Shown: one piece after another, positions 28,615 to 37,513 of the stretch
Numbering within the stretch: the first letter of the stretch is position 1
How the letters are laid out: every line of letters starts with the position of its first letter
From: Fimbriimonadaceae bacterium
Lineage (GTDB): Bacteria; Armatimonadota; UBA10988
Length of the DNA: 64,000 nucleotides
Assembly (NCBI GenBank): GCA_020850355.1
Contig: JADZEX010000026.1
Coordinates: 8,110 to 72,109, forward strand
Direction: 5' to 3'
Notes under the pieces: generated by a model
What the model saw: only the letters and a program-made list of their open reading frames with translations
Told to the model about the DNA's origin: nothing
Databases searched by the model: none
Position numbers and translations under genes: made by a program

Positions 28615-29802
28615 ATGGACCGCGAAGCCCGTCGCCAACGCGTGTTGGCTGAGGCCTTGCGAGAGCAGGCCGGCAGCGGGGTCGTGCATTATGTGCGCTC
28701 CCCGCTGCGGGTCTGTCCCCTGGGGGCCCATATCGACCATCAGCACGGCTGCGTCAGCGGCCTGGCGCTGGACCAGGCGGTGCTGCTGGCGTTCCGCCCG
28801 CGGGCCGACCGACTGGTGCGGCTGCGCAGCCTCGACTTCACGGGGCCGGTCGAGTTCAGCCTGGACGACATCGGTCCGGCCCAGGCCGGCGACTGGGGCA
28901 ACTACCCGCGCGGCGCGGCGCAGGTTTTGCGGCAGGAGTACGGGCTTGACCGCGGCCTCGACGCCGTGCTCAGCGGGCCCTTGCCGGTCGGCGGACTAAG
29001 CAGCTCGGCGGCGGTCGACGTGGCCTACCTGTTGGCTTTCGAGACGCTGCTCGCCGAGCCGGTCGACCGGCCCACCAACGTGCGCCTGGCGCAGCGCATC
29101 GAGAACGACTACATCGGCCTCCACAACGGCATCCTCGACCAGAGCATGGTGCTCTGCGCGCAGGCCGGGGCGCTCACCTGGCTGGACTGCCGCAGCCTGC
29201 AGATCGAGCAGATCGCGGCCCCGGCCAAGCTGCGCTACGACCTGGTGGTGGCTTACAGCGGCCTCAGCCGGGCGCTGGTCGGCACGGCCTACAACAGCCG
29301 CGTCGCCGAGTGTACTGCGGCGGCGGCACTGTTGCTGGAACGGGCCGGGCTGCCGCTGCCGGCGACGCCGCGGCTGCGCGACGTGCCGCCGGAGCTGCTG
29401 GCCGGCAGCTCTGACCTGCCCGCGCCGCTCGACCGCCGGGTGCGCCACTACGCTGGCGAGATGCAGCGCGTCGCGGCCGGCGTCAGCGCCTGGCAGGCCG
29501 GCGACCTGACGCGGTTTGGGCAGTTGATGCGCGAGTCCGGTGACAGCTCGCGCCACTGCTACGAGTGTGGTTCGCCCCACCTGGCGGCGCTCCAAGAGCT
29601 GCTCAACAGCCTGCCGGGGGTCTACGGGGCGCGCTTCAGTGGGGCCGGCTTCCGGGGCTCCTGTCTGGCCCTGGCCGAACCCGGCGCCCGCGAAGCGATT
29701 GCCGCCGCGGTCGCCAGCCGTTACCCTATAGAGCATCCCGATGTCGCCGCCAGCTACAGCCTTCACTTTTGTGGCGCCGGCGGGCCCGCGGAGGTGCTCT
29801 GA
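28615..29802 (+). CDS. GHMP-family sugar 1-kinase (galactokinase-like)
   Basis: Galactokinase signature-like LRVCPLGAHIDHQHG. GHMP motif PVGGLSSSAAV. Confidence 0.75.
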   Translation: MDREARRQRVLAEALREQAGSGVVHYVRSPLRVCPLGAHIDHQHGCVSGLALDQAVLLAFRPRADRLVRLRSLDFTGPVEFSLDDIGPAQAGDWGNYPRGAAQVLRQEYGLDRGLDAVLSGPLPVGGLSSSAAVDVAYLLAFETLLAEPVDRPTNVRLAQRIENDYIGLHNGILDQSMVLCAQAGALTWLDCRSLQIEQIAAPAKLRYDLVVAYSGLSRALVGTAYNSRVAECTAAAALLLERAGLPLPATPRLRDVPPELLAGSSDLPAPLDRRVRHYAGEMQRVAAGVSAWQAGDLTRFGQLMRESGDSSRHCYECGSPHLAALQELLNSLPGVYGARFSGAGFRGSCLALAEPGAREAIAAAVASRYPIEHPDVAASYSLHFCGAGGPAEVL

Positions 29803-30759
29803 GTGCAGGCCGTCGTTCTCGCAGCCGGGGCTGGCACCCGCCTGCGTCCGATTTCGCTGACCCGCAGCAAGGCGACCGTGCCAGTCTGCGGCCGGACCCT
29901 GGTGGAGCGGATCCTGGACGGCCTGGCGGCCGCCGGGGTGGCCGACTTCGTGGTTGTCGTGCGCGACGAGGGTGACGATGTCGCCGCGGTCTGTCGCGCC
30001 TGGGCCGGTGGGCGGCGGCTGCGGTTCGCCGTGCAGGCCGCCCGCCGCGGCATGGCCCACGCGCTGCTCTGCGCCGCGCCGTTGCTCGAAGGCCCGGTGG
30101 TGGTGACCGCCTGCGACAGCCTCTGCGACGACGCCTTCGTGGCCGAACTGCTGCAGGTGCATCGCCAGGCCGGCCGCGCCGCTACCCTGGCGCTGCTGCC
30201 GGTGCCCAGCCGCGAGGCCATCGCCCGCACCGGCATCGTCAGCCTCAACGCCGCCGGCGAGGTGACCGGCATCGTCGAGAAGCCGCGGCCCGAGGAGGCT
30301 CCGTCCAAGATCGGGTCGTTGCCGTTGTACGTCTTCGAGCGGCGTCTGCTGGAGCTGCTGCCGCAGGTGCAACCGTCGCCGCGCGGCGAGTTGGAGCTGC
30401 AGGACGCCATCGCCGCGCTGATCGCCGCGACCGGCCCGCTGACCGGTCACCAGGCGCCGCGCCGCTGGCAGGTCACCGACACCGCCGACCTGCTGGCCAT
30501 CAACCGCAGCTTCCTGGCGCGCGGCCAGACCCGGACCGATCCCCGCGCGACCTGCCGACCGCCGGTCTGGATCGATGCCGCGGCGCAACTCGGGCCGGCG
30601 GCTCAGCTCGGCCCGGAGGTCGTCGTCGAAGCTGGCGCCGTGGTCGGTGCGGGTGCCCACCTGACCCGTTGTGTGGTCCTGCGCGACGGCGTGGTGCCGG
30701 CCGGGGCCACGCTCTGCGACGAGGTCGTGGCCCCAGGTCCGGCCGAAACGGATCGGTAA
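29803..30759 (+). CDS. Sugar-1-phosphate nucleotidyltransferase with C-terminal hexapeptide (LbH) domain
   Basis: GTG directly after the kinase stop (TGAGTG). MQAVVLAAGAGTRLRPIS is the G-x-G-T-R pyrophosphorylase motif. C-terminal VVEAGAVVGAGAHLTRCVVLRDGVV hexapeptide repeats. Confidence 0.75.
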   Translation: MQAVVLAAGAGTRLRPISLTRSKATVPVCGRTLVERILDGLAAAGVADFVVVVRDEGDDVAAVCRAWAGGRRLRFAVQAARRGMAHALLCAAPLLEGPVVVTACDSLCDDAFVAELLQVHRQAGRAATLALLPVPSREAIARTGIVSLNAAGEVTGIVEKPRPEEAPSKIGSLPLYVFERRLLELLPQVQPSPRGELELQDAIAALIAATGPLTGHQAPRRWQVTDTADLLAINRSFLARGQTRTDPRATCRPPVWIDAAAQLGPAAQLGPEVVVEAGAVVGAGAHLTRCVVLRDGVVPAGATLCDEVVAPGPAETDR

Positions 30760-30843
30760 GGACGTCGGGCAGTCAGCGCAACAGAGTGAGGTGACCCAGC
30801 GCGCTGTGACGCGACCTCTGGATCCGTAAGCGGGGAGATAGCG

Positions 30844-32985
30844 GTGGGCGATGAAGCGGGTGCAGGCACCGCCACGGGCGGGCAGCCCTCCGACGGCGTG
30901 CCGTGGGCGGTCGGCCGTGGGCTGCTCGAGAACGCGGTCGAGGGGATCTATGTCACCTCGGTCGATGGGCAGTACCTCTGGGCCAACCCGGCGCTGCTGC
31001 GGCTTTACGGCTTCGACAACCTGGCTGAGCTGCAGCAGCATGTCACCGACATCGCCACCCGCGTCTACGTCTCGCCGCAGCGGCGGCAGGAGTTCCTCGA
31101 CGAGATCGGCCGCCGGGGCTACGTCACCGAGTTCCAGTCGGAAGCCTACCGCAAGGACGGCAGCCGCATCTGGGTCAGCGAGAACTCCCGCGCGGTCCAC
31201 GATTCGTCGGGTCGCCTGACCAGCTTTGAGGGCTTCGTCACCGACATCACCGCGCGGCGGCGAGCGGAGCAGGAGCTGGCCTACCGGCTGCGCTTCGAGG
31301 CCGTGCTGGCCTCGCTGTCCAGTGAGTTCGTGCGCCTCGCGGCCGATGACCTGGAGCAGGCGATCCAGCGCTCGCTGGCGCGCGTGGGCGGCTTCCTGGG
31401 CGTCGACCGGGTGGTCCTGCTGATGAACCTGCTGCCGGGCCGGCAACTGCTGGCGACCCACGAATGGCGCACTGCGGCGGGGCCAGGCTGGCGGCAGGTG
31501 CAGGTGGAGCAGTCCCGCACCGAGTTGCCGTTGCTCTGGCGCCGGGTCCAGCAGAACCAGCCGTTGACCTGTCTGCACCTCGACCAGTTGCCGTCCGAGG
31601 CCGCGGCCGAAGCCGCGCTGGCGGCGGCGCTGGGGAGTCAGGCGTTCCTGGCGATGCCGATGGTCTGCGCTGGCGAGGCCATCGGCGCGGTCGTGCTGGC
31701 CGCGGCGGGCGAGCGCTCCTGGCCGGCCGATGCCCTGGCGCTCAGTCGGATGCTGGCCGAGATCATCGCCGCGGCGATCTACCGTGCGCGCTCCTTCGAT
31801 CGCGAGCGGCTGCTCGAGCGGCAGGTGTTGCACACCCAGAAGCTGGAGAGCCTCGGCATCCTGGCCGGCGGGATCGCCCACGACTTCAACAACCTGCTGC
31901 TGGGCGTGATCGGCAACGCCGACCTGGCGCTCGGCGAGGTGCAGCGCGGCGGCGACCCGACGACGCACCTCTCGCGGATCCGCGAGACGGCGCAGCGCAC
32001 CGCCGAGCTGACCAACCAGTTGCTGGCCTACTCCGGCAAGGGGCGCTTCGTGCTGGAGCCGGTCGATCTCAGCGCCGTAGTGGCGCAGATGGCAGACTTG
32101 CTGCAGGTCAGTGTGACGCGGCGGGGCACCCTGCGGCTGGACCTGCCCAGCGACCTGCCGGCGATTGAAGCCGACGCCACGCAGTTGCGGCAGGTCGTGA
32201 TGAACCTGATCACCAACGCCAGCGACGCCCTCGGCGATGGGACCGGGCAGATCCTGTTACGCTGCGGGATGGGTCAGGCCGCGGACCTCGCCGCCAGCCC
32301 GGGCGACCTGCTGGGAGAGTTGCCGCACGGGCCGGTCGTCTGGCTGGAGGTGATCGACACCGGCGGGGGCATGGATCCGTCGACCCAGGCCCGCATCTTC
32401 GAGCCCTTCTTCACCACCAAGTTCACCGGCCGCGGGTTGGGCCTGGCCGCGGTGCTGGGCATCGTGCGCGGTCACGGCGGGGCGATCGTCGTGGACAGCG
32501 CGGTCGGCACCGGCACCACGATGCGGGTGGTCTTCCCCGTAGTGCCCGGCGTGGTGGCCCGGCCGGCCGCCGAGATCGCCGTCCCGGTGGCCAGTCCGGC
32601 GACGGGCACGGTGCTGTTCGTCGACGACCACGAAGTGGTGCGCGAGGTGGCGCAGCAGGTCCTTAGCGAGGCCGGCTTCGAGGTCCTGCTGGCAGTCGAC
32701 GGCCTCGACGCGCTGCGCCTCTTCGACGAGCAGGGCGCCCGGGTCGACCTGGTGGTGCTCGACCTGACGATGCCCAACCTGGCCGGCGAGGACACCTTCC
32801 ACGAGCTCCGCCGCCGGCGCGCCGACCTGCCGATTCTGCTCTCCAGTGGTTACAGCGAGCACGATGCGCTGGCCCGCTTCGCCGGCGCCGGGCTGGCTGG
32901 ATTCCTGCAGAAGCCCTACCGTCCGGCGCAACTGATCTGGCAGATTCAGCAGGCGCTGCTGCGGGCGCGGCAGGTCACGGGGTGA
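30844..32985 (+). CDS. Hybrid sensor histidine kinase/response regulator (PAS-GAF-HisKA-HATPase-REC)
   Basis: PAS (SVDGQYLWANPALLRLYGF), H-box GIAHDFNNLL, N/G boxes (NLITNASDA, GRGLGLAAV), receiver VLFVDDHEVV...LVVLDLTMP. Confidence 0.8.
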   Translation: MGDEAGAGTATGGQPSDGVPWAVGRGLLENAVEGIYVTSVDGQYLWANPALLRLYGFDNLAELQQHVTDIATRVYVSPQRRQEFLDEIGRRGYVTEFQSEAYRKDGSRIWVSENSRAVHDSSGRLTSFEGFVTDITARRRAEQELAYRLRFEAVLASLSSEFVRLAADDLEQAIQRSLARVGGFLGVDRVVLLMNLLPGRQLLATHEWRTAAGPGWRQVQVEQSRTELPLLWRRVQQNQPLTCLHLDQLPSEAAAEAALAAALGSQAFLAMPMVCAGEAIGAVVLAAAGERSWPADALALSRMLAEIIAAAIYRARSFDRERLLERQVLHTQKLESLGILAGGIAHDFNNLLLGVIGNADLALGEVQRGGDPTTHLSRIRETAQRTAELTNQLLAYSGKGRFVLEPVDLSAVVAQMADLLQVSVTRRGTLRLDLPSDLPAIEADATQLRQVVMNLITNASDALGDGTGQILLRCGMGQAADLAASPGDLLGELPHGPVVWLEVIDTGGGMDPSTQARIFEPFFTTKFTGRGLGLAAVLGIVRGHGGAIVVDSAVGTGTTMRVVFPVVPGVVARPAAEIAVPVASPATGTVLFVDDHEVVREVAQQVLSEAGFEVLLAVDGLDALRLFDEQGARVDLVVLDLTMPNLAGEDTFHELRRRRADLPILLSSGYSEHDALARFAGAGLAGFLQKPYRPAQLIWQIQQALLRARQVTG

Positions 32986-34663
32986 CGAAGATCGTCTGCT
33001 CCTGGCGGTAGGTCACCTTGCCGGCGGCCCCGCCGCGGATCTTGGTGACGTGCTTGCGCTCGGTGTAGACCACCGGCACCAGCTCGCTGTGCTTCATCTT
33101 CGACTGCCGCGCTGCCAGGCGGGCAGCCTCTTCCAGGGTGCTCTGCGGCACCTGCTCCGGGTGGCCGGCGGTGCGGATGATCACGTGACCGCTACCGGCG
33201 CCGCGGACATGCAGCCAGAGGTCGCTGGGCGCGGCGAGCTTCGAGAGCAGACCTTCACTCTCGGTGGCGTTGCGGCCCACCAGAATCAGGTAGCCGTCGG
33301 CCGAGGTGTGGCGCTGCAGCTTCGCCAGCAGCTTGTCGCGCACGGTCCGCGGCGGCGGCCCGGCGGTCGGGTCGGCCGGCAGCCCGGCCAGCAGCCGCTC
33401 CACTTCGGCCGGGTCGGCAGCGGCGCGGCAACGCTCGTGGAGCGCCTGACAGCGCGCGACCTCACGCTCCGCGGCGTCCGTCGCCGCCGCCAGGCCCTGC
33501 TCGCCGGCCCGCGCCTTGCGGGCCCGCTCATAGAGCTGGGTGGCGTTCTGCGGTCCGCTCAACTGCGGGTCAAGGGTGAGCGTCCGCGGTGGGCTGCCCG
33601 GCTGGCCGTAGTCGGCCACCGTCAGCGTCGCTGCGCCCGCTGACAGGCTGTGCAGGTTGGCCAGCAGCAGGTCGGCCTGGTGTTGCCAGTCGGCCGCCTC
33701 GGCCGCCCGTTGGGCCCGCCGGCGGCAGCCCTGGAGCAGGCTCTCAGCGCGCGCCAGGGCCCGCTTGGCGCGGCCGACCGCCTCGCCGCGGAGGCTCGCC
33801 AGGCGCTGTCCGGCCGTGGCCCAGGAGGCCACCTCGGCCAGCCCCGCCGAGATGCTCGTCAGCGGCTCGCTGCCCGGCAGCGGGAGCGGCCAGACGCCCA
33901 CCGGTTGGCCCTCCCGGCCACGCCGGAGGCACGGTTCGAAGTCCTCGCGGGCCACCCGCTCGACCAGCGCCGCCCAGGCCTGCCAGAGGCGGTCCGCGCC
34001 GGCTGCGCCAACCGCGCCGGTGGCCTCCGGCGGCAGGTCGGCCTGGAGGCAGAGCCACTGCCACAGCTCGTCGCTGAGACCGTACCAGATCGCCCGCCAG
34101 CCGCTCCGCAGGTCGCGGGCCACGGCCAACTGCGGCCAGGCAGTACTGAACTCCGCGGCGCTCAGGGTCCGTGGGTCGCGGCGACCGCCGGGGGGCGGCA
34201 CGTAGGGCAGCCGCGGCAGCAACTCGCGGTGGCGGTTGACCGCCCGTGTGACCGGCTTGAGGGTCGCCAGGATCAGGCCGTCGGGATCCAGCGCCAGGCA
34301 GGCCGAGTGCTTGCCCATCAGTTCGACCACCAGCCGCAGTTGCCGCGGCGTGCCGACGCGGTCGACGTTGGTCAGGTCAAGATGCAGCACCCGGTCGAAG
34401 TCGACCGCCGCGACGCGTTGCACCGCCGCCCCGCAGAGCAACGTGTCGAAGTGCGTCTGCAGGCTCGGCTCCGGGCGCGGCGAGGGCGGCCGGTCGGCCA
34501 CCAGATGCAGCCGCGCCGCGGCGGCGCTGATGTTGATCAGCAGGGCCTGCCGGCCCCAGCCGACGACCAGCTCCTCGCGCCGCGGCAAGACCACCGGGCC
34601 GAGACCGCCTGTCCCCTGGGACCGCAGCTCGGCGGCCACGGCCACCAGGGTCAGACTGTCCAT
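32975..34663 (-). CDS. rqcH: NFACT-family protein, RqcH/Rqc2-like ribosome quality control factor (FbpA-like)
   Basis: N-terminal NFACT-N, central coiled coil, C-terminal NFACT-R/DUF814 (GYLILVGRNATESEGL...DLWLHVRGAGSGHVII). Confidence 0.65.
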   Translation of the reverse strand: MDSLTLVAVAAELRSQGTGGLGPVVLPRREELVVGWGRQALLINISAAAARLHLVADRPPSPRPEPSLQTHFDTLLCGAAVQRVAAVDFDRVLHLDLTNVDRVGTPRQLRLVVELMGKHSACLALDPDGLILATLKPVTRAVNRHRELLPRLPYVPPPGGRRDPRTLSAAEFSTAWPQLAVARDLRSGWRAIWYGLSDELWQWLCLQADLPPEATGAVGAAGADRLWQAWAALVERVAREDFEPCLRRGREGQPVGVWPLPLPGSEPLTSISAGLAEVASWATAGQRLASLRGEAVGRAKRALARAESLLQGCRRRAQRAAEAADWQHQADLLLANLHSLSAGAATLTVADYGQPGSPPRTLTLDPQLSGPQNATQLYERARKARAGEQGLAAATDAAEREVARCQALHERCRAAADPAEVERLLAGLPADPTAGPPPRTVRDKLLAKLQRHTSADGYLILVGRNATESEGLLSKLAAPSDLWLHVRGAGSGHVIIRTAGHPEQVPQSTLEEAARLAARQSKMKHSELVPVVYTERKHVTKIRGGAAGKVTYRQEQTIFVTP

Positions 34664-34682
34664 CGTGCGCTCCGCCGCGCCC

Positions 34683-35948
34683 TCAGCGCGGCTTGATCAC
34701 CTCGGCGGCGAACTGCAGCGCGGTCGCCAGCGAGCCGCTGCAAGCCAGGTCACCAGCGAACTTGACCCAGCCGGGCGCCGCCTTGCGGCCGAGCTTCAGC
34801 GCGGTCAGCGTGCCGTTGCTGCCCTCGGTCGGGCAACAGAAGGTTGCCTCGACCAGCCCGTCGCCGTTGAGGTCGGCGACCACCGGGCAGCTATGGCTGT
34901 AGCGCGTCGTCTGGGCCGACATCAGCAGCGCCCCGGTCTTGCCGTTGACCACCAGCAGCCGCGGATCGTCGAACCGCGGGGAGCACATCAACAGCTCCGG
35001 GACGCCATCGCCGTTGAGGTCGCACATCGCCGGGGTGGACCCGGGCACCGCCTTGTTGCCAGTCGGCACGACAGTGTAACGGAAGACCTGCTTGCCCAGC
35101 GCGTTGATGCCGTACAGCCCGCCATCGGGGAAGGCCGCCGCCAGCAGCTTGCCGCAGACAGCCAGCGCCGACGACGCGCCGCGACCGCTTTTCGGCACCC
35201 ACTGCCACTTCTGCTTGCCCGCCGCGTCGAGCCGCAGGATGGCCTTGCCGACGACGTAGATCTCGGGCTTGCGATCGCCATCGAGGTCGGCGATCAGCGC
35301 TGGCTTGACCGGCCGGCCGCCGATCAGGGTGGTCCACTTCGGGCTGCCCTCGCCATCGAAGCAGAGCAGTTTGCCCGGCAGCGTCAGCACCAGCACCGAG
35401 GGGCCCCCATCGCCGAGGTCGCCAATCGTCACGCCGCCCTCACTCTTGTCGGGCAGGTCGACGGTCCAACGCGGCTCGCCGCTGCCGACGTTGAGGGCGA
35501 CCACCTGCTTGAGCTGGGTGTAGACCAGCATCGCGCCGCCGGGCAGGGTCAGGCCAGCGGGCTGCCCCAGAATGCCGTCGCCGCTGCCGTCCTTCTTCCA
35601 GGCCACGCTGCCGTCGGGATTGAGGCAGAGCACCGTGCCGTACCGGCTGCCGGTGCAGAGGATCCGCGGGCCGTCGCCCGGGTAGACCACGACCGGGCAA
35701 CTGTAGAACTGCTCGCCGTCGACCGTGGCCTTCCAGAGCAGGCTGCCGTCGGCGCCACTGACGGCGGCGACGTTGCCTTTGTCGGTGGCCACGATCACGT
35801 CCAGCTTGCCATCGGAGTTGACGTCCAGAACCGTTGGCTTGTCGCCGTAGCCGGGCACCTTGACCTGCCACAGCGGCCCTTGGGCCAGCGTCGGACCGGC
35901 CAGCAAGGCGCCAGCCGCCAGCACTGCCATGCGTCGTGCCAAACTCAT
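34683..35948 (-). CDS. Secreted FG-GAP/PQQ-like beta-propeller repeat protein
   Basis: Signal peptide. Repeated DxNGDGxxE/D loops (DVNSDGKLD, DLDGDRKPE, DLNGDGVPE, DLNGDGLVE). Confidence 0.6.
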   Translation of the reverse strand: MSLARRMAVLAAGALLAGPTLAQGPLWQVKVPGYGDKPTVLDVNSDGKLDVIVATDKGNVAAVSGADGSLLWKATVDGEQFYSCPVVVYPGDGPRILCTGSRYGTVLCLNPDGSVAWKKDGSGDGILGQPAGLTLPGGAMLVYTQLKQVVALNVGSGEPRWTVDLPDKSEGGVTIGDLGDGGPSVLVLTLPGKLLCFDGEGSPKWTTLIGGRPVKPALIADLDGDRKPEIYVVGKAILRLDAAGKQKWQWVPKSGRGASSALAVCGKLLAAAFPDGGLYGINALGKQVFRYTVVPTGNKAVPGSTPAMCDLNGDGVPELLMCSPRFDDPRLLVVNGKTGALLMSAQTTRYSHSCPVVADLNGDGLVEATFCCPTEGSNGTLTALKLGRKAAPGWVKFAGDLACSGSLATALQFAAEVIKPR

Positions 35949-36106
35949 GCTGTTCCTCCCAGTCGGGCCCGGCAGTCCCCCACGGACCGCGTCAGCCAGT
36001 TGCCCGTGAGGCGCGGACTTCCTCCAGAACGACCCGGCCGCGCAACCGATTCCGGATCCGATTGTCCAACCCCGACAGCAGCAACCGACCGCCGAGGGTA
36101 TCTGAA

Positions 36107-36835
36107 GTGTTCTACCAAAGCGTGATCTCCCACTCCGCCGCGCAGCGCTCCGCGCCCTCGCGTGGACCGCAGGCCCGCCGGCAACGCGAGGTCGAGCGCC
36201 TCCGCCACGTGATCTTGGACGCCGCGGAGGAGATATTGATCCGCGAAGGCTACGACCATCTTTCGATGCGCCGGCTGGCCGACGCCGTGGAGTACGCCGC
36301 CAGCACGCTCTACGGCTACTTCCCCGACAAGAAGGCCATCCTATGCGCCGTGCTGGAGCGCACCACCGGCGCCCTGCTCGACGCGCTGGGGCAGGCGGCA
36401 GCCACCCCCGGGCCGTTGACCCGCCTCCGGATGCTCGGCCGCGCCTACATCGAGTTCGCGTTGCAGTACCCGCGGCACTACGAGGTGCTCTTCCTGCTGC
36501 GCGGCCAGAACGTCCCGGTGATCGAAACGCCGGCCTTCACCGCCGCGGTGACCTACTTCCGTGAAGCCGTCGAGGAGGGCGTCAAGCGGGGCATCTTCCG
36601 GCGGGTCGATGCTGAGGAAACCGCCCAGGCCTTCTGGGCCGCCTGCCACGGTCTCTGCGCGCTGCTGCTGACGCACGGCGACCGGTACGTCTTTCAGCCG
36701 CCCGCCCGGTTGCTCGAGAACCTGCTGACGCTGCAGCTCGAAGGTCTCCGGCCGCAGGCCTTCGGGATCACCGCCAACGTCCACCCGGTGCGCGAGGCGT
36801 CACCCGCCGAGGCCACTGCCGACGCCGCCGGATGA
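36107..36835 (+). CDS. TetR/AcrR family transcriptional regulator
   Basis: HTH ILDAAEEILIREGYDHLSMRRLADAVEYAASTLYGYFPDKKAIL. GTG start at 36107 preceded by GAGGG. Start uncertain (alternative GTG at 36122). Confidence 0.65.
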   Translation: MFYQSVISHSAAQRSAPSRGPQARRQREVERLRHVILDAAEEILIREGYDHLSMRRLADAVEYAASTLYGYFPDKKAILCAVLERTTGALLDALGQAAATPGPLTRLRMLGRAYIEFALQYPRHYEVLFLLRGQNVPVIETPAFTAAVTYFREAVEEGVKRGIFRRVDAEETAQAFWAACHGLCALLLTHGDRYVFQPPARLLENLLTLQLEGLRPQAFGITANVHPVREASPAEATADAAG

Positions 36836-37513
36836 TCCGTCGCAGCGGTACCGCAGCACGGCTCGCAGAGCCCGAAAGCCGTCGGTCCAGCGCAGCTTCT
36901 TGCCTTCGGCGATGGTCCGTGGCAGGTAGGTGATGGGCACCTCGACGATCTCGACGCCCGCCCGCCGCAGGCGGCAGGCCAGTTCGTAGTCGAGGTCGAA
37001 ACCGAGGCTGGTCAGCCGCAAGCCCTGCGCGACCGTCGTCCGGATCAGTTTGTAGCAGGTCGCCACGTCGGTCACGCGAGCGCGGTAGAGCAGCCGGAAG
37101 ACCAGGTTCAGGAAGTCCCGGCCGAGGGCATGGTGCCACGGCACCGGCGGCGGGTCGCGCAGCAACCGCGAGCCGAAGACCGCGTCGTGGCCCGCTTCGG
37201 CCACCGCCAGCAGGTCCAGCAGCTCCTCGGGCCGGTACTCCAGGTCGGCGTCTTGGATCACCAGCCACTCGCCCCGCGCCGCCGCGATGCCCCGCCGCAC
37301 CGAGTGACCCTTGCCGCGGTTGACCTCCTGCAGAATCACCTGCAGCCCCGGCCGGGCGGTCTGCTCCAGCAGCCACTCGCGCGTGCCGTCGGTGGAGACG
37401 TTGTCGATCACCAGAATCTCGGCGCTGACCGCCAGGGCCGCCACGCGGTCGAGCACCGCCGGCAGGGTGGCGCGCTCGTTGAAGACCGGGATGATGATGC
37501 TGAGCTTGCTCAC
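36800..37513 (-). CDS. GT2 polyprenol-phosphate glycosyltransferase (Dpm1/ArnC-like)
   Basis: LSIIIPVFNE...VIDNVSTDGT...IQDADLEY is the GT-A DxD fold. GTG start overlaps the upstream stop (GTGA). Confidence 0.8.
   Translation of the reverse strand: MSKLSIIIPVFNERATLPAVLDRVAALAVSAEILVIDNVSTDGTREWLLEQTARPGLQVILQEVNRGKGHSVRRGIAAARGEWLVIQDADLEYRPEELLDLLAVAEAGHDAVFGSRLLRDPPPVPWHHALGRDFLNLVFRLLYRARVTDVATCYKLIRTTVAQGLRLTSLGFDLDYELACRLRRAGVEIVEVPITYLPRTIAEGKKLRWTDGFRALRAVLRYRCDGSSGGVGSGLGG

Noticed and set aside
28996-31968. 990-aa minus-strand ORF
   Set aside because: Antisense to galactokinase-like, nucleotidyltransferase and histidine kinase genes with clear motifs. Its composition is dominated by R/G/A/P.
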